Virus record (IMG/VR): IMGVR_UViG_3300029705_000062
DNA from: a virus
DNA: 64,000 bases
Direction: 5' to 3' (one strand)
The notes below the pieces were generated by a model. That model searched no databases. It had not been told where the DNA came from and saw only the letters and a program-made list of their open reading frames with translations. Below, in pieces: positions 28,709-38,191 of the stretch (position 1 is its first letter; each line of letters opens with the position of its first letter). Position numbers and translations under genes: made by a program.

Positions 28709-29434
28709 ATGAGCTTAGTAATTTTAGATAGCGGACATAATGAATATGTTAAAGGAAAAAGCAATGGGGATTTTAAAGAATGGGACTTTAACAATAAAAT
28801 GCAATGTAAAATTAAGAAAAGACTTTTAGATCATGGAATAGAAGTTTACTTAACTAATCCAAACCCTGAGAAAAAAGATGAAATAGGTTTAAGTAAAAGA
28901 GCAACCATTTCAAATGATTATTGGATAAAGAAAGGTAAGCCGAAGGCTGTATTTATATCTTTGCATGGAAATGCTTATAGTGATGCTAGTGTTAGAGGAA
29001 CAGAAACATTCCATGCTAATAATGCTTCGTCTACATCAAAAACATTTGCAAAAACATTAAATGATGAAGTTGTAAAAACAATGAAATCATTAGATAAAAA
29101 TGCAAAGGATAGAGGAGTTAAATCACAAGATTTCACTGTAATATATAAAACTTCTATGCCTTCAGTGTTAGTTGAGTATGGATTTTACAGTAACCCTGAT
29201 GATTTAAAGATATTAAAAAATAACCAAGATGACCTAACAGAAGCTACAGTTAAAGCCATATGCAAACACTTTAATATAACATATAAAGCTGTACAAAAGG
29301 AATCTACAACTTCAAGCACAGGAACACAGTTGTATGCAGTATGTGTAGGAGCTTATGGATATGACCAAGCTAAAAAAATGCAACAAGAAATGATATCAAA
29401 AGGATATACTAGCACTTATATAATCCCTAGATAG
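28709..29434 (+). CDS. Endolysin: N-acetylmuramoyl-L-alanine amidase (Amidase_3-like) with a SPOR-like C-terminus
   Basis: RBS aagggggt. Motifs LVILDSGHN..SLHGNA..VLVEYGF. The C-terminus is YAVCVGAYGYDQAKKMQQEMISKGY. Confidence 0.8.
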   Translation: MSLVILDSGHNEYVKGKSNGDFKEWDFNNKMQCKIKKRLLDHGIEVYLTNPNPEKKDEIGLSKRATISNDYWIKKGKPKAVFISLHGNAYSDASVRGTETFHANNASSTSKTFAKTLNDEVVKTMKSLDKNAKDRGVKSQDFTVIYKTSMPSVLVEYGFYSNPDDLKILKNNQDDLTEATVKAICKHFNITYKAVQKESTTSSTGTQLYAVCVGAYGYDQAKKMQQEMISKGYTSTYIIPR

Positions 29435-29527
29435 ATTAGTTGTATAATAAAATAAAAAATGGTAAAACCTAATAAGAATATAAAAAGAAATGATATATAA
29501 AAATAAATCTAAATAAAATTTATATCG

Positions 29528-29556
29528 TTGACAATTGTCGATAATTAATGTATATT
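29528..29556 (+). promoter_or_regulatory. Sigma-A-type promoter upstream of rep
   Basis: TTGACA-17 nt-TATATT. The palindrome gacaattgtc overlaps the -35. The box aagcaaataattgaaa (29566-81) lies just downstream. Confidence 0.6.
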
Positions 29557-29562
29557 AGAAGC

Positions 29563-29786
29563 ATAAAGCAAATAATTGAAAAAAGCCTTTACTCTATCAA
29601 TCAGATGTAGGAGCATCTGAGAGATATAAAACTTTCAAACTGTAGGAGCAGTTCAAAAGAGTTGGTAAAAGCTTTATCTGATATTTATATTATACAAGCA
29701 TGTAAAGAAATATGCAAGTATTTTTTTAAGTAAGATAAAGAAATTTACGGACTTATGTTTAACTGTTTAAGCATAAGTCCTTTTTA
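29563..29786 (+). ncRNA. Candidate ~220-nt structured leader or small RNA of the rep gene
   Basis: No ORF. Two hairpins with identical UAGGAG loops (29601-20 and 29632-59). It ends in a strong terminator just before the rep RBS. Confidence 0.4.
29749..29786 (+). terminator. Rho-independent terminator/attenuator 15 nt upstream of the rep RBS
   Basis: ggacttatgtttaa-ctgt-ttaagcataagtcc (one mismatch) followed by ttttt. Confidence 0.7.
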
Positions 29787-29801
29787 ATATACAAAAGAAA
29801 G

Positions 29802-31100
29802 GTGAGTAGTGTGCAACTAGAAGAATATTGTGAGCATTTATATGATGATAGTACAGAAGGCTATTTGCATATTGCTCACTTAGACAAAAATAGACGAATA
29901 AAAATATATAATACAAATAATGCAAATATAAGGGAAATAGTTGAGGAAGTTGGACAAGAAGATGTCTTTATAACTCCTAATACAACTTTTATACCTGTAA
30001 GAAAAGCACAAAATATAAGACAATTTAGAGCATTATTTATAGATTTAGATATACAAAAATTAGGTTACCATAAATCGGAAACTGTTTACATGGTTTGGGA
30101 GCTTTATTATCAAGATAAGATTCCTCAACCTACAATGGTAGTTGACAGTGGAAGAGGAGTGCATATTTATTGGAGAATAGAAAATGCACCGATACAAGCA
30201 TGGAGTACTTGGCAAGAGTTAGAAGATTATCTATATTATCAATTAAGACATCTAGGAGCTGATAAACAAGCTACAGATAGTGTAAGAGTACTTAGATTAC
30301 CTAGTTCAATTAACTCTAGGAATGGATCAGAGTGTAAGATACTTTATATAGATAATGAAACAACATACTCTATGTATGATTTAAGACAAACTTATTTAAA
30401 CTATAAACCTAAAACAACCCAAATAAAAATGCTAGAGGTTAAAAGTACACCAACAGCAAAAGTAATATCTAATAAATTCTTTACTTCTTATAGTTTACAT
30501 TTAGCTAGAATAGAAGATATAGAAACTTTATGTAAATTAAGAAACTATAATGTAAAAGGATATAGAAACTTCATACTTCACTGTTATGCATATTGGCAAG
30601 GGGTTACTATTAGAGATGAAGAATCACTAAGAGAAGAAGTATATTCCTTAAATAATGCCTTTAAAGAGCCTATGAAGGCTACTGAGGTAGATGCAATACT
30701 AAGATGCATACCAAAAGCTATAGATAAGTTTATAGCATATGAACAAGGTGTAAGAAGTGGTGAAGTTAAAAGAGTTACTAAGGGTATGCGAGATAAGGGA
30801 GGTTACTGGTATAAGAATGAAACCTTAATTGAAAGGCTAGATATAACAGAAGCTGAACAAAAGCATATGAAGACCATTATAGGTACAGAAGAAAAGTATA
30901 CTAGAAGAAGAGATAAGGATAGAGAATATCAAAGAGCTAAGAGAAGAAATGAAAATGGTTTAACTAAGAAACAACAGGAAAAGCAAGATATGATAAAAGA
31001 ATTAGATTTATTGTTAAAGCAAGGGTTAAAAAATCAAGAGATATCAGAAAAGCTAAATATTTCTGTAAGACAAGTTCAAAGATTAAAAAAGGAACTTTAA
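29802..31100 (+). CDS. Plasmid-type replication initiator (primase-polymerase/Rep-like N-domain, C-terminal HTH)
   Basis: ..VFITPNTTF..FRALFIDLD..MVVDSGRGVHIYWRI..VRVLRLPSSIN.. The C-terminus is KNQEISEKLNISVRQVQRLKKEL. The start is GTG 29802 or, more likely, GTG 29811. Confidence 0.55.
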   Translation: MSSVQLEEYCEHLYDDSTEGYLHIAHLDKNRRIKIYNTNNANIREIVEEVGQEDVFITPNTTFIPVRKAQNIRQFRALFIDLDIQKLGYHKSETVYMVWELYYQDKIPQPTMVVDSGRGVHIYWRIENAPIQAWSTWQELEDYLYYQLRHLGADKQATDSVRVLRLPSSINSRNGSECKILYIDNETTYSMYDLRQTYLNYKPKTTQIKMLEVKSTPTAKVISNKFFTSYSLHLARIEDIETLCKLRNYNVKGYRNFILHCYAYWQGVTIRDEESLREEVYSLNNAFKEPMKATEVDAILRCIPKAIDKFIAYEQGVRSGEVKRVTKGMRDKGGYWYKNETLIERLDITEAEQKHMKTIIGTEEKYTRRRDKDREYQRAKRRNENGLTKKQQEKQDMIKELDLLLKQGLKNQEISEKLNISVRQVQRLKKEL

Positions 31101-31115
31101 TAAGGGGTGACAAAA

Positions 31116-31226
31116 AACATCGTCTTTATAAATGTGTGTATGTGGTTGTTAGGATGAATATCCTAACAACTTTTTTCTTTAGAATTACTCATACAATAAA
31201 TAGGTAACATCATCTTTATAAATGTG
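31116..31226 (+). repeat. Two 21-bp direct repeats flanking the rep terminator
   Basis: aacatcgtctttataaatgtg (31116-36) and aacatcatctttataaatgtg (31206-26). An inverted partial copy tttataaaga lies at 31240-49. Confidence 0.7.
31145..31177 (+). terminator. Rho-independent terminator of rep
   Basis: gttgttaggat-gaat-atcctaacaac followed by tttttt. Confidence 0.8.
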
Positions 31227-31366
31227 GGGTGTAGTAATTTTTATAAAGAAAGAGCCACCCAATAAATAATCAGCTACATTCTACTAGGAAGATTATCGGT
31301 ATTACAAAAGATATGGTTATAGTCTAAATAAGAAGTAAGAGAATAATATAAAGGGGGATAATAGTC

Positions 31367-31615
31367 ATGGATATGGTTAGTTTTGTACCTGAATCATTAT
31401 TTATATTAGTTGTAGCAATAAATATATTAGGAACATTCTTAAAGAAGTTAGAACAAATAAAGGATAACTTCATACCTATCATATTATTAGGATTTTCTAT
31501 TATATTTGCTATGTTATTAGAAGGGATGAGTCCTACAAGTTTCTTACAAGGTATAATAACTTGGGGAGTTGCTGTAGGTACACATCAAACAGTTCATCAA
31601 ATAAAAAAAGGATGA
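31367..31615 (+). CDS. Putative holin (82-aa multi-TM membrane protein)
   Basis: RBS aaggggga. Hydrophobic segments are FILVVAINILGTFL, FIPIILLGFSIIFAMLL and GIITWGVAVG. The C-terminus is charged. Confidence 0.6.
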   Translation: MDMVSFVPESLFILVVAINILGTFLKKLEQIKDNFIPIILLGFSIIFAMLLEGMSPTSFLQGIITWGVAVGTHQTVHQIKKG

Positions 31616-31629
31616 TAGGGGGATAGGCA

Positions 31630-31890
31630 ATGCAAGAGTTAATTAAACTTATATTTACATCTATTTTCTCAGAGTATGGTGTAATAGGTGCATGTTTTGT
31701 TGTATTGCTACTTTGGACTATGAAGGAGAATAAAGACAGAGAAGGTAAGTATCAAGAAACAATAGCTAAAAATCAAGAAATAATTCTTGAACAGGCAAGA
31801 AACTTTGACATTGTAAAAGAGATTAGAGAAGATGTATCAGATTTAAAAATAGCTATAACAACTGCAAAAGCTAAAAAAGAAAGTCATTAA
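31630..31890 (+). CDS. BhlA/UviB-family holin-like protein
   Basis: An N-terminal TM segment is followed by ..MKENKDREGKYQETIAKNQEII..IREDVSDLK, resembling the BhlA/UviB pattern. Confidence 0.6.
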   Translation: MQELIKLIFTSIFSEYGVIGACFVVLLLWTMKENKDREGKYQETIAKNQEIILEQARNFDIVKEIREDVSDLKIAITTAKAKKESH

Positions 31891-31906
31891 GACTTTCTTT
31901 TTTATT
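31876..31906. terminator. Bidirectional terminator at the +/- strand switch
   Basis: aaagaaagtc-attaa-gactttcttt with T-runs on both strands. Confidence 0.7.
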
Positions 31907-32400
31907 TATATATGATTTAAAAAGTCTAAATTGTCATCTAAGATTACTCCATGTTCATCTAACCATTTAATGGGTAGGGATTTTCTAGTTTCGGTTTGTC
32001 TGAACATTTCAACTTCCTTAGCATTTACAAAATAGGTCTTTTTTAATTCTTTAAAGTATATAAGGTAATAACACATATCAGTGTAATTTCTTATTTCATT
32101 ACATAGATCAAATTGATGCTCCTTTATCATAGACAAAGGGAAACTTGTTTTATTGGCAGTAGACTTAGCTTCTATGAAGATAGTTTTTCCATTACTTAAA
32201 ACTCCTACAAAATCTAAAAAAGCTTTTTCTTTAGGGAAGGCTGAAACAATTTTAGCACCTCTTCTTAAAATAGTAAATTCAGTTGGTATTTTTATTATTA
32301 AAGCTTTATTTAACTTTCTATATTCAAGACATTTTTTAATTATTTTTTCTTCCCAAGCTTTTCCTAAATTAGCTTTATTTGATTTCTTATCAGTTGCCAT
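31906..32400 (-). CDS. recU: Holliday junction resolvase RecU
   Basis: ..GKAWEEKI..ALIIKIPTEF..FLDFVGVLSNGKTIFIEAKST..SFPLSMIKEHQ.. Confidence 0.7.
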   Translation of the reverse strand: MATDKKSNKANLGKAWEEKIIKKCLEYRKLNKALIIKIPTEFTILRRGAKIVSAFPKEKAFLDFVGVLSNGKTIFIEAKSTANKTSFPLSMIKEHQFDLCNEIRNYTDMCYYLIYFKELKKTYFVNAKEVEMFRQTETRKSLPIKWLDEHGVILDDNLDFLNHI

Positions 32401-32978
32401 TAGCTTAAAGTAGAGTACATTTTAATACTCATCTCCAATACATCCATTGCATAATCTATAGAGTTAAAATCATTGCTTATTGCAAATCCTCCAAGTTCAA
32501 ATATGTAATCAGCAACACCTTCAAAGTCTTCATTGTCTGCACCAAATCTTCTTATAAGTTCTTTAACATCTGAATCTCTATCTAGACCTCTTTTAAGTCT
32601 TGTTCTATCACTACAGCTTACATACACTGGTATAATCTTATATTCTTCCTTAGAGATACCATGAGTAAGAGCAATAAGACCTTTTGGACTTAATACCATT
32701 ACTATATTTTTACTAGAGCAATTATCTAAAGCTTTTTTCTCTACACCATAATTCCAATCTCTAAAAGATGTATACTGAATAAATTCACCTATATCAGCCA
32801 TAGCTTTAAACTCATCATCATCTATGAAACGATAATCAACCCCATCTATTTCATTTATCCTTTTGGGTCTAGTTGTTGTCATAACAACATTAGATATATT
32901 TAATCTTTTACATATACCTTCAGCTAAAGTTGATTTTCCGCTACCTGATTTTCCTACAATAACAAAAATATTTTTCAT
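32400..32978 (-). CDS. Guanylate kinase-like nucleoside monophosphate kinase
   Basis: P-loop GKSGSGKST, then ..TTTRPKRINEIDGVDYRFIDDDEF.. Confidence 0.65.
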   Translation of the reverse strand: MKNIFVIVGKSGSGKSTLAEGICKRLNISNVVMTTTRPKRINEIDGVDYRFIDDDEFKAMADIGEFIQYTSFRDWNYGVEKKALDNCSSKNIVMVLSPKGLIALTHGISKEEYKIIPVYVSCSDRTRLKRGLDRDSDVKELIRRFGADNEDFEGVADYIFELGGFAISNDFNSIDYAMDVLEMSIKMYSTLS

Positions 32979-33041
32979 AGTACCTCCAATTAAAGATATT
33001 TTGAAATAAATTTCAATTTCAATTATTTGCTTACAATATTA

Positions 33042-33070
33042 ATTATAATAATAAAGTCGAAAAAAATCAA
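33042..33070 (-). promoter_or_regulatory. Sigma-A-type promoter for the gmk-like/recU operon
   Basis: On the minus strand: TTGATT-17 nt-TATAAT. The box AAGCAAATAATTGAAA (33017-32) lies 9 nt downstream. Confidence 0.65.
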
Positions 33071-33100
33071 TAAAAAAGAACTGAAAAAATCAGTTCTTTT
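33064..33100. terminator. Terminator hairpin after gene 33105..33662
   Basis: aaaagaactg-aaaaaat-cagttctttt with T-runs on both strands. Confidence 0.65.
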
Positions 33101-33104
33101 TTAT

Positions 33105-33662
33105 TTAAATATTTCTAAAGTTTTTTATTAATTTATGTTTTTCTTCTAATAGAGAAAGTAACTTTTCTTTGTTACCTCCTATTTCTTTTAATAGCTCTAT
33201 TTGTTCATCTATAACTTCTAATTCTAAAGTAAGAGTAAGGTATTTAACTATGTCTTCTTTATCATCATCTGATTTTGAAAGTTCATTTAAAAGATTGCTT
33301 TCTGAACTATGCTTATCTATAACCTTCTCTACTCTAGCCTTCTCTACTCTATTAAGGTTTTTTTGATGTTCATCACATATTTCTTTAACTAAACTATTGG
33401 CAGAAGATTTTTGTAAATCTTCAAAGGCTTGTGCTATTAACTTTTCCTCAGACCTATGTAAAAAAGTTTTTTTGTTATCAAAGCTTATCTTACCATTTAG
33501 TATAATTATATTTTTATTATATGGTAATTCAAGAACAGATTCTTTACCTTCTTCAATGTCCTCCCAAAGCTTTTTATAAATAAAAGATTTTATCCCTTGA
33601 AATTCTTCTTCTATAAATTCATTAACCATCTCTTTTGCAATCTTTTCTCTTAGTAAATTCAT
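33105..33662 (-). CDS. Hypothetical protein (acidic, helical)
   Basis: 185-aa ORF. The start lies 12 nt after the upstream stop. Confidence 0.5.
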   Translation of the reverse strand: MNLLREKIAKEMVNEFIEEEFQGIKSFIYKKLWEDIEEGKESVLELPYNKNIIILNGKISFDNKKTFLHRSEEKLIAQAFEDLQKSSANSLVKEICDEHQKNLNRVEKARVEKVIDKHSSESNLLNELSKSDDDKEDIVKYLTLTLELEVIDEQIELLKEIGGNKEKLLSLLEEKHKLIKNFRNI

Positions 33663-33674
33663 TATTAGCTTCTC

Positions 33675-34553
33675 CTATACTTCTATTTTTAAAGGTAATT
33701 TAACTCTTAAGCCTTTGTTAAATTCAACCCAAAACAGATAAGCTACATAAGAATCTATCTTACCCTTAGTTGAATTTTCTCTCATATCATGAGCTTTAGA
33801 TGTAATAGCCTTGTAATCAACTTTAGATAATCTATCCACTACTGTTTTAATATCTGTATCCCCAGTAAGTACATAATGTCTAACAAATATTGTCATACCA
33901 TTAAACATTTGATTTGTTATTCCCTTAACTCCAACTGTATGCTTTAATATATATAAAGCTCTTTTAGTAACAAACATATTTTTATCTATAGAAGATAATA
34001 AAGTGGCTGAGTTTATTGACTTATATATAACAGACATACAACTTATTTTATTAGCTCCTGTTCCTGCTTCTAAATCTACAAAATCTAAACATTCTTTAAC
34101 TCTAAGCCATTCAGTTATTTCACTTGAAACACCTATACGGTACTTATCTAAAGCAGATACTTTTGCAGATACTTCATTAACTTTTATGAAAGACTCCCCT
34201 TCTTCCTTAATTGAGTTATTTTTAATTACTATACAAGGAACTTCTTTTAATCCTAAACGTTTTGCACACTCTAATCTATGTTGACCATTAGAACAATAGT
34301 AGTACCCATCTTCTCTTAAGGATACAGTTAGTCTACCAAAAGCTTGAGGATCAAATTTCTTTAGTATTTTAGCTACATGATTTTCTTGCATTTCCCTTTG
34401 AACAGATATATCTATCTTTATAAGATTTACATCTATCCATCTATCTTCTCCAAACATATGCTTTTCATATTTTACAGATGATACATTTTTACTAATACTT
34501 TCTGTATCTATAAATTCATAATTATAATTATTATACCCTGATAATTCTTTCAT
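33675..34553 (-). CDS. ParB N-terminal (ParB/Srx-fold nuclease-like) domain protein
   Basis: ATG at 34553 follows aaaaaggag; the track start at 34610 lies inside the promoter. Motif ..GRLTVSLREDGYYYCSNGQHRLECAKRLGLKEVPCIV.. Confidence 0.6.
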   Translation of the reverse strand: MKELSGYNNYNYEFIDTESISKNVSSVKYEKHMFGEDRWIDVNLIKIDISVQREMQENHVAKILKKFDPQAFGRLTVSLREDGYYYCSNGQHRLECAKRLGLKEVPCIVIKNNSIKEEGESFIKVNEVSAKVSALDKYRIGVSSEITEWLRVKECLDFVDLEAGTGANKISCMSVIYKSINSATLLSSIDKNMFVTKRALYILKHTVGVKGITNQMFNGMTIFVRHYVLTGDTDIKTVVDRLSKVDYKAITSKAHDMRENSTKGKIDSYVAYLFWVEFNKGLRVKLPLKIEV

Positions 34554-34594
34554 TTTATTTACTCCTTTTTGAAATTTTTTCCAATTATATATAT

Positions 34595-34623
34595 AAATTA
34601 CCACATTCAATTATTTTTGTCAA
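34595..34623 (-). promoter_or_regulatory. Putative promoter of the ParB-like gene
   Basis: On the minus strand: TTGACA-17 nt-(TGG)TAATTT. The spacer contains AAATAATTGAA. Confidence 0.45.
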
Positions 34624-34660
34624 AAAAAAGAAAAACCCCTATATTATCAAAGAGTTTTTC
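34622..34660 (-). terminator. Terminator after nrdG
   Basis: On the minus strand: GAAAAAC-(17 nt)-GTTTTTC followed by TTTTTTTT. Confidence 0.55.
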
Positions 34661-34668
34661 CTAAATTA

Positions 34669-35166
34669 CTATAAATAGTTAATGATTTTTTTTGATTTTA
34701 AAGTTTTATTCACATCTATAATTCTTTGATTACTAGAGCCTCTTAAAACTAAAGATAAGTCCTTTAAATTCTTTTCAAATTTACCATCAATTAGAACATC
34801 AAAATTAAATATAGAAGAATCATATTTAATCAATAAATCTTCCCAAGTATACCCTGACCATATAAATATTTTTGTACTTGGTCTAAACTTCTTAATGTAT
34901 GAACATAGTTCTATAACACCATAAAAGTTCTCAGGACATAAAGGCTCACCACCTAAGATAGATAAATCTCTATGAACTCCATCTGCATCTAAAAGTTCTA
35001 AAATAGTAAGCATATCTGATTTTGTAAATTCTTTACCTTTATTGAAATCCCAAGTGCTTTTATTAAAACAACCTTCACAATAATGAGGACATCCCTGTGT
35101 CCATAAAGACACAGAGATACCTTCTCCATTTACTGAATCATTTGGTTTTATTAATGAATATCTCAT
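34669..35166 (-). CDS. nrdG: Anaerobic ribonucleotide reductase activating protein NrdG
   Basis: ATG at 35166 forms TAATATG with the nrdD stop. Motif ..VSLWTQGCPHYCEGCFN.. (radical SAM cluster). Confidence 0.8.
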   Translation of the reverse strand: MRYSLIKPNDSVNGEGISVSLWTQGCPHYCEGCFNKSTWDFNKGKEFTKSDMLTILELLDADGVHRDLSILGGEPLCPENFYGVIELCSYIKKFRPSTKIFIWSGYTWEDLLIKYDSSIFNFDVLIDGKFEKNLKDLSLVLRGSSNQRIIDVNKTLKSKKIINYL

Positions 35167-35167
35167 A

Positions 35168-37303
35168 TTATAAATGTAAAACCCTTTGTGCAATTTCTTG
35201 AGTTCTACCTTCTGACCATTCATTTGAACCGATATAACCACATGTCCTTCTCATTATTTGCATTTTAGATGTATCTGTATTTTGACAGTTAGGACATCTC
35301 CAATTGATTTCATTAACTATTTCAGCTTCACCTTCATAACCACATTCAAAGCATACATCCGCCTTAGTATTTATCTCAGCATATTGTACGTTGTGGTATA
35401 TGTAGTTTATAACTTGCTCTATTGCCTTAAGATTTTTTTGCATATTTGGCACTTCTATGTAGCTGATACAACCTCCTAAGCTTATGTTATGGAACTGAGA
35501 CTCAAACTTTAATTTTTTGAAAGCATCTATTTCCTCAGTAACATGAACATGATAACTGTTTGTATAGTATTTTCTATCAGTTACATTTTTTACTTCTCCA
35601 AATTTTTGCTTATCTAATCTACAGAATCTTGAAGTTAAACTTTCTGCTGGTGTACCATATAAACCAAATCCATAGCCAGTTTCTTCTTTCCACTTCTTAC
35701 AAGTGTTATTTAAGTGATTCATTACTTTAAGAGCAAACTCTTCTCCTTCTTTAGTTGTATGAGATACACCTAACATTGCTTGTGTCATTTCATGTACTCC
35801 TACATATCCTAGAGAAACAGTAGCATATCCACCTTCAAGTAATTTATCTATAGTTTCACCTTTTTTAAGTCTTGCTATTCCTCCATATTGCCAATGGATA
35901 GGAGATACATCTGACTTAGTTCCTTTTAATAAATCTATTCTAGTTAATAGAGCTTCTTTACAAAGTTCTAATCTTTCATCAAGAACTCTCCAAAACTTAT
36001 CCATATCTTTATTAACAGTTAGTGCAACTTGTACAAGGTTCAAGCTCACCACTCCACAATTATACCTTCCGTACCACTTATGGTTTCCATTCTCATCTCT
36101 CCAAGGACTCAAGTGTGATCTACAACCCATTGCAGGGAAAGTGTGTCCTTCATAATTTTTTCTCATTATCTTAGCACTTTGGTAGTCAGGAACTAACCTC
36201 TTAGCATTACATTCTGCACATAGTTTTGTAATGTAATCATATCGACCACCTTCTAAGCAGTTGTGATGGTCTAATAAATATATAAGTTTAGGGAACTCTT
36301 CTCCTATATTATGACCTCTGTAAGACTTCATTCCTTCTATTCTTTGTCTTACCATCTCTTCACATATAAGAGCCATTTCCTTTTCATATGGATGACCTTC
36401 TTCTATTTCTAAATAAATAGTTGTGAAAGGTGATTGTCCATTACTTGTCGAAAGTGTAGAAAGTTGGTAACGTATAGTTTGGATACCATTTCTTAATTGC
36501 TCCATCATTCTATCTTCTGCTAATTTAGTAGCAGTAGCTTCATCAAATTCTGTTATATACTTATCGTAATATTTATCAAATGTATCTCTTAAGAATGGTG
36601 CTATATGCTTTATAGTTATACTATTTCCACCATATTGACCACTAGCTATTTGAGCTATTATTTGAGTAACTATTGTACAAGCTGTTTCAAATGACTTTGG
36701 TTTTTCCACCATTTTCTCATTTATAACAGTTCCATTCTGAAGCATATCCTCTAGGTTTATTAAGCAACAGTTAAAGATATTTTGCATTGTGTAATCAGCA
36801 TCATGGAAATGAAGCACTCCATTGTCATGAGCTTGTACTATATGAGCAGGTATAAGCTTTCTTCTTGCTATATCTTTAGACACTTCCCCTGCTATTAAAT
36901 CTCTCTGTGTACTTGCTAAGTAAGAGTTTTTATTAGAGTTTTCATTCATAACTTCTTTATTAGTAGAATTTAAAAGTCCCATTATACTTTCATCTGTAGT
37001 ATTTACTTCTCTTTTAAATGATTGAACAGCTCTATATCCCTCATAAGCCTTTGCAGTTAATTCATGTTTATTTTCTATTAACTTATTGTAAACTATATCT
37101 TCTATTATAGTTATTGTAGTAACATCATGAGAAACTTGATTTTCTTTATGATGTTTCATTTCATGTTCAATTTCATTAGATATTTTAGTAGCTATATCTT
37201 CATCATATATCCCACTACCATATTTCATTGCTTTAAGTATTGCAACTTCTATTTTGTTTTTATCAAATTCAACTATTGTATTATTTCTTTTTATGACTAA
37301 CAT
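35168..37303 (-). CDS. nrdD: Anaerobic (class III) ribonucleoside-triphosphate reductase NrdD
   Basis: N-terminal ATP-cone. Zn site CFECGYEGE..CPNC. C-terminal glycyl-radical motif RRTCGYIG. Confidence 0.9.
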   Translation of the reverse strand: MLVIKRNNTIVEFDKNKIEVAILKAMKYGSGIYDEDIATKISNEIEHEMKHHKENQVSHDVTTITIIEDIVYNKLIENKHELTAKAYEGYRAVQSFKREVNTTDESIMGLLNSTNKEVMNENSNKNSYLASTQRDLIAGEVSKDIARRKLIPAHIVQAHDNGVLHFHDADYTMQNIFNCCLINLEDMLQNGTVINEKMVEKPKSFETACTIVTQIIAQIASGQYGGNSITIKHIAPFLRDTFDKYYDKYITEFDEATATKLAEDRMMEQLRNGIQTIRYQLSTLSTSNGQSPFTTIYLEIEEGHPYEKEMALICEEMVRQRIEGMKSYRGHNIGEEFPKLIYLLDHHNCLEGGRYDYITKLCAECNAKRLVPDYQSAKIMRKNYEGHTFPAMGCRSHLSPWRDENGNHKWYGRYNCGVVSLNLVQVALTVNKDMDKFWRVLDERLELCKEALLTRIDLLKGTKSDVSPIHWQYGGIARLKKGETIDKLLEGGYATVSLGYVGVHEMTQAMLGVSHTTKEGEEFALKVMNHLNNTCKKWKEETGYGFGLYGTPAESLTSRFCRLDKQKFGEVKNVTDRKYYTNSYHVHVTEEIDAFKKLKFESQFHNISLGGCISYIEVPNMQKNLKAIEQVINYIYHNVQYAEINTKADVCFECGYEGEAEIVNEINWRCPNCQNTDTSKMQIMRRTCGYIGSNEWSEGRTQEIAQRVLHL

Positions 37304-37318
37304 AAAAAATCCCCCTTT

Positions 37319-38158
37319 TTATTTTTTAGCTAGTTCAACTACATTTTCTATTAAAGATAAAACTGTGGCAGTTCCAGTTGTATTAACTCTATCCCCAACC
37401 ATACTACATTCACTAAATTCAAGCATTGCATTAACATTGTAATCTGTTTGTTGTTTAAAGTTTTCATCAACTGTTATACCAACACCTAATAAAACACTTC
37501 CTTTTTTCATCCATCTTGGATCAATTAAATCCATTTGACCAACACAAGATATAACTATATCTGCTTGTTGTATTTTACTTTTTAAATCCTTTGTTCTAGA
37601 ATTACAAGTAGTTACTGTTGCACCTCTTTGAGTTAGCATAATAGATAAAGATAATCCAACATGAACTGACCTACCTATAACAACAACATCCTTGCCCTGC
37701 ACACATACATTATGGCAATCTAAAAGATTCATAACACCATTTGGAGTGCAAGGTTTAACTTTAGAATTTCCTTGAACTAAATCTCCTAATTTGGCAGAGC
37801 TAAAGCAATCTGCATCCTTGTATGGAGCTATGGCTTTAATTAATTTATTGCTATCCAAGTGTTTGTATACAGGTAACTGAAGTATTACTCCGTCAGTGTT
37901 CACATCATGATTTAATTGATGAATAGTTTCTAACATTTCTTCTGTAGTTACACTTTCATTTGATTTTAAAACCTCAACAGTTAATCCAACTTCTTCTCCT
38001 ATTTTTATCTTATTTCTTATGTAGTTTTCACTTGCTTTATCATCTGAAGCAGATAAAATAACCAACTTTGGTTTTCTTCCTAACTTAGTTATCTCACTTC
38101 TTAACTCCTCAATCTTGTTTTCTTTTAATGTTTTTGCATTTATTAATATTGGTTTCAT
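37319..38158 (-). CDS. folD: Bifunctional methylene-THF dehydrogenase/methenyl-THF cyclohydrolase FolD
   Basis: ..SENYIRNKIK..DGVILQLPV..YKDADCF..KPCTPNGVM..VVVIGRSVHVGLSLS..ATVTTCNSRT..ADIVISCVG.. Confidence 0.8.
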   Translation of the reverse strand: MKPILINAKTLKENKIEELRSEITKLGRKPKLVILSASDDKASENYIRNKIKIGEEVGLTVEVLKSNESVTTEEMLETIHQLNHDVNTDGVILQLPVYKHLDSNKLIKAIAPYKDADCFSSAKLGDLVQGNSKVKPCTPNGVMNLLDCHNVCVQGKDVVVIGRSVHVGLSLSIMLTQRGATVTTCNSRTKDLKSKIQQADIVISCVGQMDLIDPRWMKKGSVLLGVGITVDENFKQQTDYNVNAMLEFSECSMVGDRVNTTGTATVLSLIENVVELAKK

Positions 38159-38191
38159 ATTTTACCCCCTAAAATATAAAATATTATCTAC

